DNA of 63,080 nt. It comes from Candidatus Microgenomates bacterium. GTDB taxonomy: Bacteria > Patescibacteriota > Microgenomatia > JACPZF01. The DNA lies in the NCBI GenBank assembly GCA_016199065.1, contig JACQHK010000053.1:1-63080 (forward strand), given 5' to 3'. Under the pieces are notes generated by a model. That model was not told the origin of the DNA and ran no database searches. It saw only the letters and a program-made list of their open reading frames with translations. This document shows, one piece after another, positions 43,187-51,717 of the stretch (positions are counted from its first letter, which is position 1; each line of letters begins with the position of its first letter). The position numbers were made by a program, and so were the translations under genes.

Positions 43187-46126
43187 TCACTTAACTTCCA
43201 CCTTGTCGAAGGCGAAATCAAAGACTTTATCTTCACGTAACTTATCTTCAATCGTTATTTTATTGTTTTTAACTTTTGCCTCTTGAGGAAGCGATTTAAT
43301 CAGGAAAATTTCCGGCCTTACAAGAGAGAAAGAATATTCATCGTTCTGGGCGCCAAGCTGTTTTTGTATAACTAAACGATAGTTTTTGTTCTGATCAAGA
43401 GTTATACCCCCGGTATTTAGCTTCATGACAATGGTAAGTTTTGCTCCCGGAGCAATTTCAGTTAAAAACCCAAAACTGTTTTTTCCTTCTTCTGAGGACT
43501 TATCTACCAAGAGGGCTTCTTTAGAAGAATTCTTACTAATAGCTGACGTTGTGGCAACAATTTCTCTTTCTTGACCATCAAGACTGATGCTTTCTAGCTG
43601 TGTATTAAGCGGCTGATAAATCCGAAGGTAGTTTTTGTATCTACCCTTTTGAAATGATTCGGCAGAATTATTGTTTTGATAAATCAAAGTAATGGTTTTT
43701 TTAGTGGAAGAACCTGTTAATTCCGTTTCTACCTGAACTTTTTTGGCTATTTCCACATTGGCCTTATTAACACCTAAGTTCGCATCAACCACCATTAAAT
43801 AGTCTCCCAAACAATCCTGAAATTCCAAACAGGGATCACCACTTAACCTCCCCGCCCAATTAAATCTAGCCATTAAATTTTCGGCTGATTCGTCATGGAA
43901 AAAAAATGCTAAATGTTTTTCTTCCAGGCTTGTTAACAGTGAAGAAAGCAGGGTCGGGCTGTTTTTGGTTCCTTCCAGAAGTAGTTTATCTAAAAGTCTT
44001 CCCGAAAGGGCGCCCAAAAAGTCTCTTTTTTGTGTCGAACCAGGAAAGAAGTTTTCTTGACTGTAAAATGTGGCTTTTTCAAAGAGGTTTTCGGCGGTAA
44101 TGGTTTCTTGATAATCGGGCAAATTGATTGGACCCACTACCCTAACCAGGTCGGCAATTGCGTTAAGATCGACAAAAAAAACACCGTCAGCTTTTCTACC
44201 CACTTCTTTATCTAAAAACCACTCTGCCTTTTGCGAAGAAAGTAAAAAATCCGGCGACCAGTTGCTGTCTCGCAAATACCAGTGCGGTTGTTCTAAATAT
44301 TCACGTATTGGCCTGGGCGGCTCGATATGTCCAGTGAGCTGACCATCTGCTGTGTAAACGTCCTCAACCTTTAATTCAACCATTTTCCCTTTATCAAAAG
44401 TCAGAATTCCGTAAGAACCGATGAAGCCTCCCGCCGGGCGCTGTTCCATATTGTTAGAAAAAAGTATTAGATAGGTTCTTTTCCCTGATAGACCAAGAAC
44501 TTCGGGTAGAATATCGATTAATTCTCTTGCGCGGGAAACCATTAACCTACCTTTTAAAAACTGTCCTGTCCCTTGAACGATTTTTTCTCTGCTTATTTTT
44601 CCTTTTAAAAAACTGCTTTCGATATTAATGTTGGGTATTTGGCTTTGAATATACGATAGTTTGTTATTAGCCTCATCAAGATTTTTTTTAACATCGATTA
44701 TTTTTAAAGATACCCCACCTTCCTGATCTTGAGAAAAAACCGTTTTGGTTACATCATTAAAATCAGCCGCAGCTTCAATGAGCGAAGTGGCGGCGCTAAC
44801 ACCGTCTTTTGTTAACAATAAAATCTTTTCGGTTTCCTGATATTCTTTTTCCTTACCTGCGAGCGAAAAAATCGATGAATAAAGGCTTAAACTCCTTTGT
44901 ATCCCATCAACATTACCGGATAATTCTCTCGTGGTTTTTGACATCTCTGTCAGATTTTGAGAAGCAATTTGCCTCTCCAAAAGCTGTAAGTTACTTTGGG
45001 TTTTTTTAACAATTAAAAAGAGATAGAGTGCCGGTGAAAATAGCAGTAATAAGAACAGTAAACAAAGGACAGTAATTAGAGTAAATTTTTTGTTTATGAC
45101 AATTTTTCTCGAAATTGAAGAGGGATTATTTGGTAAATCAGGGAAAATTTTTTGTTCCTCATCTTTTGAAAAAGAGTCGTCTTTGTTAAAGAAAGAAAAC
45201 GTCTCCTCAATTCCCTTCTCTGGGGAGATTTCCGGATTCCAAGCGAGTTGTTTGGCAGAGGATTTTGGTCTTTTTTGCCAGGAAAAAACTTCCTGGCTAT
45301 CTTTAACCATCAGAATTCTTCCTTCACCGTTCAACTTCTTTTCTAGGATTTGAGCAAAAGACAAAACATTAATCGGTTGTGGGTTAACAAGATTAAAGAC
45401 AAAGCCTTTGGTCTCATAACCAAACATGGCTTTTAAAATACCGCTTATGGCATCTTTAATAAATGTAGGATATAACAGATTTAAACCATCATCCTCGACA
45501 ACAAGAGGTTTTTTTTGAAGTGCTTCATAGAATAATTTGGCTAAATGATTGGTCTGGTTTAATTTCATACGAGGCCCGTATAAATCCAGCAGTCGGATTA
45601 TTCGTAAATCGAGGTGAAATTTTTTGTAATATGCCGTAACCAAAGCCTCGGTATATTTTCTGGTCTGTTCGAAGAAAGAATCAGTGGATTTAAATAAAGA
45701 TCCATAATTTTCTTCTCCCGATCCAGATAGTTCGATTTTTTCCCAAAGATTTAGAGAAGTTGCCAGTAGAAATTTAGCTTCTTTCTCACGAGTTAATTCG
45801 AGAATTTTGGTAATAGCAAGGGGTTCCTGAGTATCGTCCTGTTCCAAATTGGAAAGATGAAAAATGTAATTTATTTCCTCTTTAAACCTTAAGCTATCTT
45901 GACTTAGATTGTATGTAAAATACGAAAAATTAGGATGGGACAAGGCAATGGATAAATTACTGGTCTTGGATTTATCTATCTCATCGATGCCTATTACCTT
46001 ACATTTTAGCTTCAATAATTCTTCTATTAAAAAAGAACCCACCGCACTGTTTGCACTGCTAACCAGTACGGTAGAGGCTTCTTTAGCTTCAACAAAGTCA
46101 AAATATTTTTGGGCAGTTTCACTCAT
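43187..46126 (-). CDS. Fusion protein: degenerate NAD-epimerase/dehydratase-like domain, TM segment, then DUF4012-like domain
   Basis: 979 aa. The N-terminal ~320 aa resemble an SDR epimerase, but VLVSSANSAVGSFL replaces the GxxGxxG motif. A central TM helix (LITVLCLLFLLLLFSPALYLFLIV) follows. The C-terminal part has RPAGGFIGSYG, characteristic of DUF4012. Confidence 0.65.
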   Translation of the reverse strand: MSETAQKYFDFVEAKEASTVLVSSANSAVGSFLIEELLKLKCKVIGIDEIDKSKTSNLSIALSHPNFSYFTYNLSQDSLRFKEEINYIFHLSNLEQDDTQEPLAITKILELTREKEAKFLLATSLNLWEKIELSGSGEENYGSLFKSTDSFFEQTRKYTEALVTAYYKKFHLDLRIIRLLDLYGPRMKLNQTNHLAKLFYEALQKKPLVVEDDGLNLLYPTFIKDAISGILKAMFGYETKGFVFNLVNPQPINVLSFAQILEKKLNGEGRILMVKDSQEVFSWQKRPKSSAKQLAWNPEISPEKGIEETFSFFNKDDSFSKDEEQKIFPDLPNNPSSISRKIVINKKFTLITVLCLLFLLLLFSPALYLFLIVKKTQSNLQLLERQIASQNLTEMSKTTRELSGNVDGIQRSLSLYSSIFSLAGKEKEYQETEKILLLTKDGVSAATSLIEAAADFNDVTKTVFSQDQEGGVSLKIIDVKKNLDEANNKLSYIQSQIPNINIESSFLKGKISREKIVQGTGQFLKGRLMVSRARELIDILPEVLGLSGKRTYLILFSNNMEQRPAGGFIGSYGILTFDKGKMVELKVEDVYTADGQLTGHIEPPRPIREYLEQPHWYLRDSNWSPDFLLSSQKAEWFLDKEVGRKADGVFFVDLNAIADLVRVVGPINLPDYQETITAENLFEKATFYSQENFFPGSTQKRDFLGALSGRLLDKLLLEGTKNSPTLLSSLLTSLEEKHLAFFFHDESAENLMARFNWAGRLSGDPCLEFQDCLGDYLMVVDANLGVNKANVEIAKKVQVETELTGSSTKKTITLIYQNNNSAESFQKGRYKNYLRIYQPLNTQLESISLDGQEREIVATTSAISKNSSKEALLVDKSSEEGKNSFGFLTEIAPGAKLTIVMKLNTGGITLDQNKNYRLVIQKQLGAQNDEYSFSLVRPEIFLIKSLPQEAKVKNNKITIEDKLREDKVFDFAFDKVEVK

Positions 46127-46321
46127 GTTCTTAAAAATTTTTTGCGGAAAACATTTTTTGCTTCATGCGTCTCACTTTATCCATGATCAAGTCATAATTC
46201 GACGGATTTCCGCTTCTTACGGTTCAAGCAATACTGAGCTTCAATTTTAAAACTATTTTAGGGAATTTAAAAGCGGCGCATGCAGGAAAAATCTCCAAAA
46301 GGATTTAGGCCTTTCACAAGT

Positions 46322-46756
46322 TCATGAATAATCTAGAGCCAGATTTACTTCTCGGTCTGCAAGGGAATTTTTTTCACGGGGAATATATTCATAATAAACA
46401 GGACAGGATAAAAAAACTTCGTGCTTTTTAATTTGTAAAAATAAATTTTTTAACGCTGGCTCTTTTACCTTAAAGCTTCCCGCAAGTTGGGAAGCAACCA
46501 GCTGAGAATCTAAGAAAAAAATAATCTTAGTTAGGGAAAGGTTTAATTTTTCTGTCTGTTCTGAAAGATAAACCATTGCCTCTAAAACAGCGGTGTATTC
46601 TGCAAAGTTATTGGTAGTAATGCCTATTTTTTTTCCGAATTTATTCCGCAAAATCTCCGCATTGGTCTTTTCGTCAACCTCTAATACTATTACGCCAATT
46701 GCTGCCGGTCCGGGATTACCTCGTGCACCACCGTCGGTATAAATATGAAAAATCAT
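46322..46756 (-). CDS. rnhA: Ribonuclease HI
   Basis: IYTDGGARGNPGPAAIG, NNFAEY and a C-terminal REKNSLADREVN. Confidence 0.8.
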   Translation of the reverse strand: MIFHIYTDGGARGNPGPAAIGVIVLEVDEKTNAEILRNKFGKKIGITTNNFAEYTAVLEAMVYLSEQTEKLNLSLTKIIFFLDSQLVASQLAGSFKVKEPALKNLFLQIKKHEVFLSCPVYYEYIPREKNSLADREVNLALDYS

Positions 46757-46765
46757 AAATTTAAT

Positions 46766-48031
46766 TTAACCGCTAGTTTTATTCTTTTTTATTATTCTCC
46801 ATACAGGTATGGCCAATAAGAGAGTAACGCAGACTTCGGTAATAAGAGTAGTAGAAGCAGCGGCTAAATAACCGTAGCGAGGAATAAGTAGGATATTTAA
46901 GAAAATGTTCAGGATCATGGAAAAACCGTAAAAGGGAACGAGCAGTATTTGTTTCTGGGTCGTAATTAATACCCACATAAAAAAACTGGAGAGGAAGAAA
47001 GCGGGTAGACTTAAAGAAAGGATGCGTAGGGCAGAGATGCCACCAACAAAATCTGCTTGTTTATCTCCGGCGGTAAAGTTGATAAGAAACGGTGCAATAA
47101 AGAAAATTGTTAAGGCCAAGACCAGCGACGTACCGATCAAAAAGACTCCTATATTTTTAGTCAGTTCCGAAAAATTACCGGGCCTTTCTTTAAGCTTTTC
47201 TAAAAAGACAGGGTAGAGTGAGTTCATAAAAAAACTGGGAAAAATAATCGCCATTTCAAAAAACTTGTAAGCCAGTCCGTATATACCTACCTCTTGGGTT
47301 GATCTGGTAAGGGTCAAAATAAAAGAATCCACTTTAAAATAAACTAGATTAAATATTAGGGTTAGGCCAAGCGGCCAAGAAAAGGCGATAATTCGTTTCC
47401 AATAAGTAAAATCAAAACCCAGACCGAACTTTTTTTCAGCTAATAAATAGCAGAGAAAAACGGAAATGGCTTGCCCAAAAACGTACGCAACAAAAACATA
47501 ATAAACCGGCAGGGAAGAGAGGGTAATAAAGTAAGCAACAATAAGAGTAAACAAATTACCAATAATTAAAGTGAGACTGAGCTTGTCGTAACGTAAATTT
47601 TTTTGAAACCAAGCGCTAAAAGTCGTAATCATTGCCTGAGTAATCATTGTAAGAGAAGCGATAATCACGCCAATTCTGGTAACGAAAGTAAACCCCTGTC
47701 CTGATCCTTGAGGAAGAACAACTAAGAACGCCAGGGAAAGAAAAATTAAAAATAAGGCAAAAATTAAGCGCAGACCCATCAGATTAGAAAGATGTTTCAA
47801 AGAAGTTTCTTCATCCTCGCTTAATTTCTTAACGATGTAGGCGTTGGCTCCGAAATCAGCAAAAATATAAAAATAGGAAACATAAGTTAAAATCTTGGTG
47901 AATTCTCCAAAACCAACCGCGCCGTATTCTCTTACTAAAAACAGGGTAATAAAATAGGTGATTCCGGCTGTAAAAAATCTTCCTACTGCCTGGGCGGTTG
48001 TATTATAAAAAATGGTTAATTTAGTCGACAT
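46766..48031 (-). CDS. Polysaccharide flippase (MOP/Wzx-like)
   Basis: 421 aa with about 12-14 TM helices and a typical oligosaccharide flippase layout. Confidence 0.7.
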   Translation of the reverse strand: MSTKLTIFYNTTAQAVGRFFTAGITYFITLFLVREYGAVGFGEFTKILTYVSYFYIFADFGANAYIVKKLSEDEETSLKHLSNLMGLRLIFALFLIFLSLAFLVVLPQGSGQGFTFVTRIGVIIASLTMITQAMITTFSAWFQKNLRYDKLSLTLIIGNLFTLIVAYFITLSSLPVYYVFVAYVFGQAISVFLCYLLAEKKFGLGFDFTYWKRIIAFSWPLGLTLIFNLVYFKVDSFILTLTRSTQEVGIYGLAYKFFEMAIIFPSFFMNSLYPVFLEKLKERPGNFSELTKNIGVFLIGTSLVLALTIFFIAPFLINFTAGDKQADFVGGISALRILSLSLPAFFLSSFFMWVLITTQKQILLVPFYGFSMILNIFLNILLIPRYGYLAAASTTLITEVCVTLLLAIPVWRIIKKNKTSG

Positions 48032-48034
48032 TCA

Positions 48035-49381
48035 TTATTTACTATTGTTTAAAGTTCTACTAAAAATGGCTCCAAAAATAAAAGAAGAAAGCAATAGACC
48101 TTGTTGTAAAGTATACAAATAATGATCAAATAAACCAAAGATTAAAAATTGTCCTAATAAAATAATTTTTAAATTAAACGCGTTATTGGTTTTTGATTCA
48201 GAAGCAATTTTTTTAACCGCGCAAAAGAACAATAGGCCCCAGAGTAAAATTCCCAACAGGCCTGTTTCTGCGGCAATTAAGAGATAGATATCGTGGGCCG
48301 GCTGTAAAAAACGAACGATTTGGCTCGACTCTGCCAGTCCATTTTTAGCAGCCAACAAAAAATTATTTAATCCCACACCAAAAAACGGGTGACTGTTAAA
48401 AAGTGTTAAGGCCAGATCGTTAAACTTAAGACGTATCAGGTAGCTTTGCTGATCTACGTCTAGTAGTGAAGTAAATCTCGACCAAATAACTGAATACCAG
48501 CCAAAACTTGCCATAAGCAATAGGGTAAAAACCAAAGTTAAAATTTTCGTTTTGTTTTTTAACCATAACAAAAATAAACTCAGCAGTAAGACTAGTAAGG
48601 CAACCCTGCTTAGGGTTAATATCGTCGCTAAAAAAACCAGGGTTAATAAAAAAATTAAAAAGACATTTTCTTTTTCTTTTATCCTGTTTGTGAAACCTTG
48701 ATAGAGAAACAATATTAAAAACAGGGCAACAACCAAATATCCTCCGAGCACATTGGGGTGAGGTAGTGTCGCATATGGACGAAGTATTAATTCGTTGTTA
48801 ATAATTGCTTGTGAAATAAAAGGCGTGCTGGCCGTAAAACTTCTTTCGCCTAACCACCACCACAAACCACCCACCGAGCCTTGTCGAATCACCTGCCAAA
48901 TGGTTAAAAAAGATTCATAAATAATTCCTGCCCCGAAAAGAATTGCTGTGGTTTTTAGATTGAGCGATTTTCCCAACTCGCGTGAGAAAAAATAACCTAC
49001 AAAAGCAATTTCCCCTATTTTTATAAGTTTTATAAGGGCCAAGGTTTGATTAAGCGCCCAAAAGGTTTCCAGCCCTAAAAATCCCCACGCAAGAAGAAAA
49101 ATAAAACCGGGACTTAGTTTCCAAAGTAAGAACTTTTTCTCCCCGGGACTATTTTTTTTAAATCTTAACAACCAAGAAAACAGATCAAAAAACAAAACTC
49201 CCCAGATTAACAAATCGGTAAAATAAAGACTGGGAGAAAGATAGTCTACCCGTAGTCCGTTTAGATAACTATAGTCAGGCCAAAAGTGTCTGCTAAGTTG
49301 AGTGGGAAAGAAAAGAATTAAGAGATAAAAAAAGAGAGTTCTAATTTTTACGATGGTTGAAAAAAGCGAGGAATTAGTCAT
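48035..49381 (-). CDS. O-antigen ligase/polymerase-like (Wzy_C) membrane protein
   Basis: 448 aa, polytopic, with the LSRVALLVLLLSL and HPFFGVGLNNF, AHDIYLLIAAETGLLG blocks seen in the O-antigen ligase family. Confidence 0.7.
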   Translation of the reverse strand: MTNSSLFSTIVKIRTLFFYLLILFFPTQLSRHFWPDYSYLNGLRVDYLSPSLYFTDLLIWGVLFFDLFSWLLRFKKNSPGEKKFLLWKLSPGFIFLLAWGFLGLETFWALNQTLALIKLIKIGEIAFVGYFFSRELGKSLNLKTTAILFGAGIIYESFLTIWQVIRQGSVGGLWWWLGERSFTASTPFISQAIINNELILRPYATLPHPNVLGGYLVVALFLILFLYQGFTNRIKEKENVFLIFLLTLVFLATILTLSRVALLVLLLSLFLLWLKNKTKILTLVFTLLLMASFGWYSVIWSRFTSLLDVDQQSYLIRLKFNDLALTLFNSHPFFGVGLNNFLLAAKNGLAESSQIVRFLQPAHDIYLLIAAETGLLGILLWGLLFFCAVKKIASESKTNNAFNLKIILLGQFLIFGLFDHYLYTLQQGLLLSSFIFGAIFSRTLNNSK

Positions 49382-49387
49382 CTTGCC

Positions 49388-49440
49388 CTATTAACCAATA
49401 GCTATCTCGACCTGGGCTCGAGATGAGGGTTGGCTAATAG
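49388..49440. other. Long imperfect hairpin filling the jag / O-antigen-ligase intergenic gap
   Basis: CTATTAACCAA-TAGCT-ATCTCGA-CCTGGGC-TCGAGAT-GAGGG-TTGGCTAATAG. Confidence 0.5.
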
Positions 49441-49443
49441 CCA

Positions 49444-49896
49444 TTAGCTATTTTTGGGTTTAATAACCAAATGTCTATTTTTTCCTTCTCCTTCAGAGAA
49501 AGATTCTACGTCGGAATCGCTCGAAAGAGCTAAATGAACTATTCTTCTCTCGAAAGAAGAAAGGTCGGTCAGAATCGATGCCCTGCCGGTAGTTTTAACC
49601 CTCTCGGCAATGTTTTCCGCCATGCTCTTAAGATACTCTTCTCGTTTTTCTCGGTAATCTCCGACATTAACCACAATTTTAGGCCATACACCCAGTGCTT
49701 TGTGCGCAAGAAGATTAAGAATCAGTTGTAAAGAAACCAGGGCCTCGCCGTGATAGCCGATAATCGCACCCGACTGTTCTGTTTCAATGGCAACTTTAAT
49801 CGTCTCTTCGTTTTTTTCTACTGAAATCTTGCCCTCGATTTTTACTAATTCTAATAATTCCGAGGCTAATTTTTTAATTGTTTTAACGTCTTCCAT
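49444..49896 (-). CDS. jag: KH/R3H RNA-binding protein Jag/KhpB (short form)
   Basis: R3H motif SFERRIVHLALS and conserved synteny downstream of yidC. Confidence 0.8.
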   Translation of the reverse strand: MEDVKTIKKLASELLELVKIEGKISVEKNEETIKVAIETEQSGAIIGYHGEALVSLQLILNLLAHKALGVWPKIVVNVGDYREKREEYLKSMAENIAERVKTTGRASILTDLSSFERRIVHLALSSDSDVESFSEGEGKNRHLVIKPKNS

Positions 49897-49914
49897 AAAG
49901 CAAATTTTACTTAG

Positions 49915-50673
49915 TTAAGAAACAATTTTCAACCTGACCAAAAGCGGTCTCAATCCTCCTAATCCCGTCACAAAATATTGCTGCACCACAGAAAATACTG
50001 TAGTAACAACCCAATAAAGAGCCAGCCCTGAAGGAAGAGAAAAGCCAAAAAAAACTGTCATGGCGGGCATTAAAAAAAGCATTTGTTTTTGCATCGATTC
50101 CTGCATATCTTCTTCTTTGGCTTTTTTCTCGGTTGTTACTTTTTCCTCCGGCCCCTTAAGAAGAACGTTTTTACTTGCAGCTGAGGGCATCATCATTAAA
50201 GAAAGTATTAGTTGGGTAGCACCGGCCAAAAGAGGCAGGATAAAAGTTCTATCCGGCTTTGACAAATCGATCCCTAAAAATACCTTGTTAATCGTTAACC
50301 CGTTAACTTGACCGTTATTTAAAAAATTAATAAAAACCTGATAGAGGGCAATTAAGACTAAAAATTGAACTAAATAGGGTAGACAGCCCGCCAGCGGATT
50401 AAAACCATGCTCCTTGTAAAGTCGTAGCTGTTCCTGTTGTAATCTTTGTTTGTCATTGCCGTGTTTTTCTTTCAACGCATCAAGGTGCGGTTTTAACTCC
50501 ATCATTTTTTTAGCGCTTTTAAGCGCGGGAATGGTGATCGGTACCAAAACGGCGCGTATAATAATGGTGAGTGCTATTACTGCCAATCCGAAGTTGTGAA
50601 ATAAAATGTTATAAAGCCAAATTAAGGCTGTTAATAGGGGTTGGTAGAGTATGGCATTCCAGAGATCACCCAT
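49915..50673 (-). CDS. yidC: Membrane protein insertase YidC (short type)
   Basis: GLAVIALTIIIRAVLVP, NPLAGCLP and ALYWVVTTVFSVVQQ. Confidence 0.9.
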   Translation of the reverse strand: MGDLWNAILYQPLLTALIWLYNILFHNFGLAVIALTIIIRAVLVPITIPALKSAKKMMELKPHLDALKEKHGNDKQRLQQEQLRLYKEHGFNPLAGCLPYLVQFLVLIALYQVFINFLNNGQVNGLTINKVFLGIDLSKPDRTFILPLLAGATQLILSLMMMPSAASKNVLLKGPEEKVTTEKKAKEEDMQESMQKQMLFLMPAMTVFFGFSLPSGLALYWVVTTVFSVVQQYFVTGLGGLRPLLVRLKIVS

Positions 50674-50676
50674 AAC

Positions 50677-50745
50677 AATTTATTTTTCAATTTACTTAAT
50701 TTTCCTAATTTTCGAAAATTTGAAATTTGTGAAAATTTGAAAATT
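50677..50745. repeat. AATTTTC/GAAAATT heptamer palindromic intergenic repeat, copy R4
   Basis: CAATTTACTTAATTTTCCTAATTTTCGAAAATTTGAAATTTGTGAAAATTTGAAAATT, centred on AATTTTCGAAAATT. Confidence 0.8.
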
Positions 50746-50980
50746 ATCTTACCGGATCGTAACCACCCTTACTTAGGGGGTGACACCGTAAAATACGACC
50801 CAAACTTTTAATAGTGCCGCGTAGTATACCATATTTTTCTATAGCCTCATAAGCATACTCTGAGCAAGTGGGAAGAAAGCGACAGCTGGCGTCGGTTAAA
50901 AACAACGATCGGGTAAGGACATTATTAAATCTTAAATATTTCTGGTAAAAACGAATGGTAGAGAGAATAATTGTTTTCAT
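50744..50980 (-). CDS. yidD: Membrane protein insertion efficiency factor YidD
   Basis: IRFYQKYL and [19 protein letters not shown]. Confidence 0.9.
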   Translation of the reverse strand: MKTIILSTIRFYQKYLRFNNVLTRSLFLTDASCRFLPTCSEYAYEAIEKYGILRGTIKSLGRILRCHPLSKGGYDPVR

Positions 50981-50990
50981 GGTGACTTAA

Positions 50991-51326
50991 CTATAAGGTT
51001 TTATTCGTTAGTTTAACCCCCACAATAACCTCCTCTTTGATCGTAGAAAATGTCGCTCTTGTTATTTCTTTTTTTGCATAAATAAGTATTTTTAACTGAG
51101 GCAATATTTTTAAATAAGGACGAATTGCCTCTACTAGACGCCTTTTTATTTTATGACGCGCTACCGACGATGCCGCAATCTTTTTAGAAACTATAATTGA
51201 TAACCGGGGCAGGACCGAATTGTCGCGCTGAATAAAAATATTAAATAGCTGGCCTTGCCAAACCAGTTTTTTATTTTTTAATAAGAGGCCATCTTGAAGT
51301 GGTAGGCGGTTTTTTTTAGGAAGCAC
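50991..51326 (-). CDS. rnpA: Ribonuclease P protein component
   Basis: Basic 111-aa protein with GTG start and SVARHKIKRRLVEAIR. Synteny rpmH-rnpA-yidD-yidC. Confidence 0.85.
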   Translation of the reverse strand: MLPKKNRLPLQDGLLLKNKKLVWQGQLFNIFIQRDNSVLPRLSIIVSKKIAASSVARHKIKRRLVEAIRPYLKILPQLKILIYAKKEITRATFSTIKEEVIVGVKLTNKTL

Positions 51327-51463
51327 TAAAGCGAAAGTCTAGCTCTCTTTTTGAGCCTTCTTCTTTTCAATATTTTTCGTCCGGAGCTCGACTTCATTTT
51401 GGTTTTAAAACCGTGCTTCTTTTTTCTCTTTAATTTTTTAGGCTGATAAACTCTTTTTGGCAT
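51326..51463 (-). CDS. rpmH: 50S ribosomal protein L34 (absent from the ORF track)
   Basis: Hand translation gives [45 protein letters not shown]. The TAG stop overlaps the rnpA GTG start by 1 nt. Confidence 0.9.
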   Translation of the reverse strand: MPKRVYQPKKLKRKKKHGFKTKMKSSSGRKILKRRRLKKRARLSL

Positions 51464-51529
51464 AATTGGCCTATTCTAGACGAATTAGGTTTCTAATTCA
51501 AGACTTCGGTTTTTAAACTCAAAGATTAA

Positions 51530-51616
51530 AAGTCAAAGATCAAAACTGCAACCAAAAAGTAAAAAGTTTTAAGCCTTAAGTTACAACTTTTACTTTTGAG
51601 TTTTGATTTTTGACTT
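51530..51616. repeat. Long imperfect palindrome of the AAAAGTAAAA / TTTTTGACTT type, in the rpmH-dnaA spacer
   Basis: The left arm is AAGTCAAAGATCAAAACTGCAACCAAAAAGTAAAAAGTT. The reverse complement of the right arm is AAGTCAAAAATCAAAACTCAAAAGTAAAAGTT. Confidence 0.7.
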
Positions 51617-51635
51617 CTTTTTTCACCTTGTTTCT

Positions 51636-51682
51636 TGTGGATAAGTATGTTATAGAGAACTTGCTACAACCATTTATCAACA
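51636..51682. promoter_or_regulatory. DnaA boxes upstream of dnaA
   Basis: TGTGGATAA at 51636..51644 is a perfect TTATCCACA on the minus strand. TTATCAACA at 51674..51682 matches 8/9. Confidence 0.7.
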
Positions 51683-51717
51683 ATTTATAAACAGTAGCTT
51701 CTTCTGCTCCGATCAAC

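Noticed and set aside
46185-46215. tRNA-like T-arm motif GGTTCAAGC in the 195-nt spacer upstream of the DUF4012 fusion gene
   Set aside because: No acceptor stem, D-arm or anticodon arm could be drawn around it on either strand.
45909-46250. 113-aa plus-strand ORF spanning the start of the DUF4012 fusion gene
   Set aside because: It is mostly antisense to a well-supported long ORF. The remainder crosses an intergenic spacer, and there is no start context.
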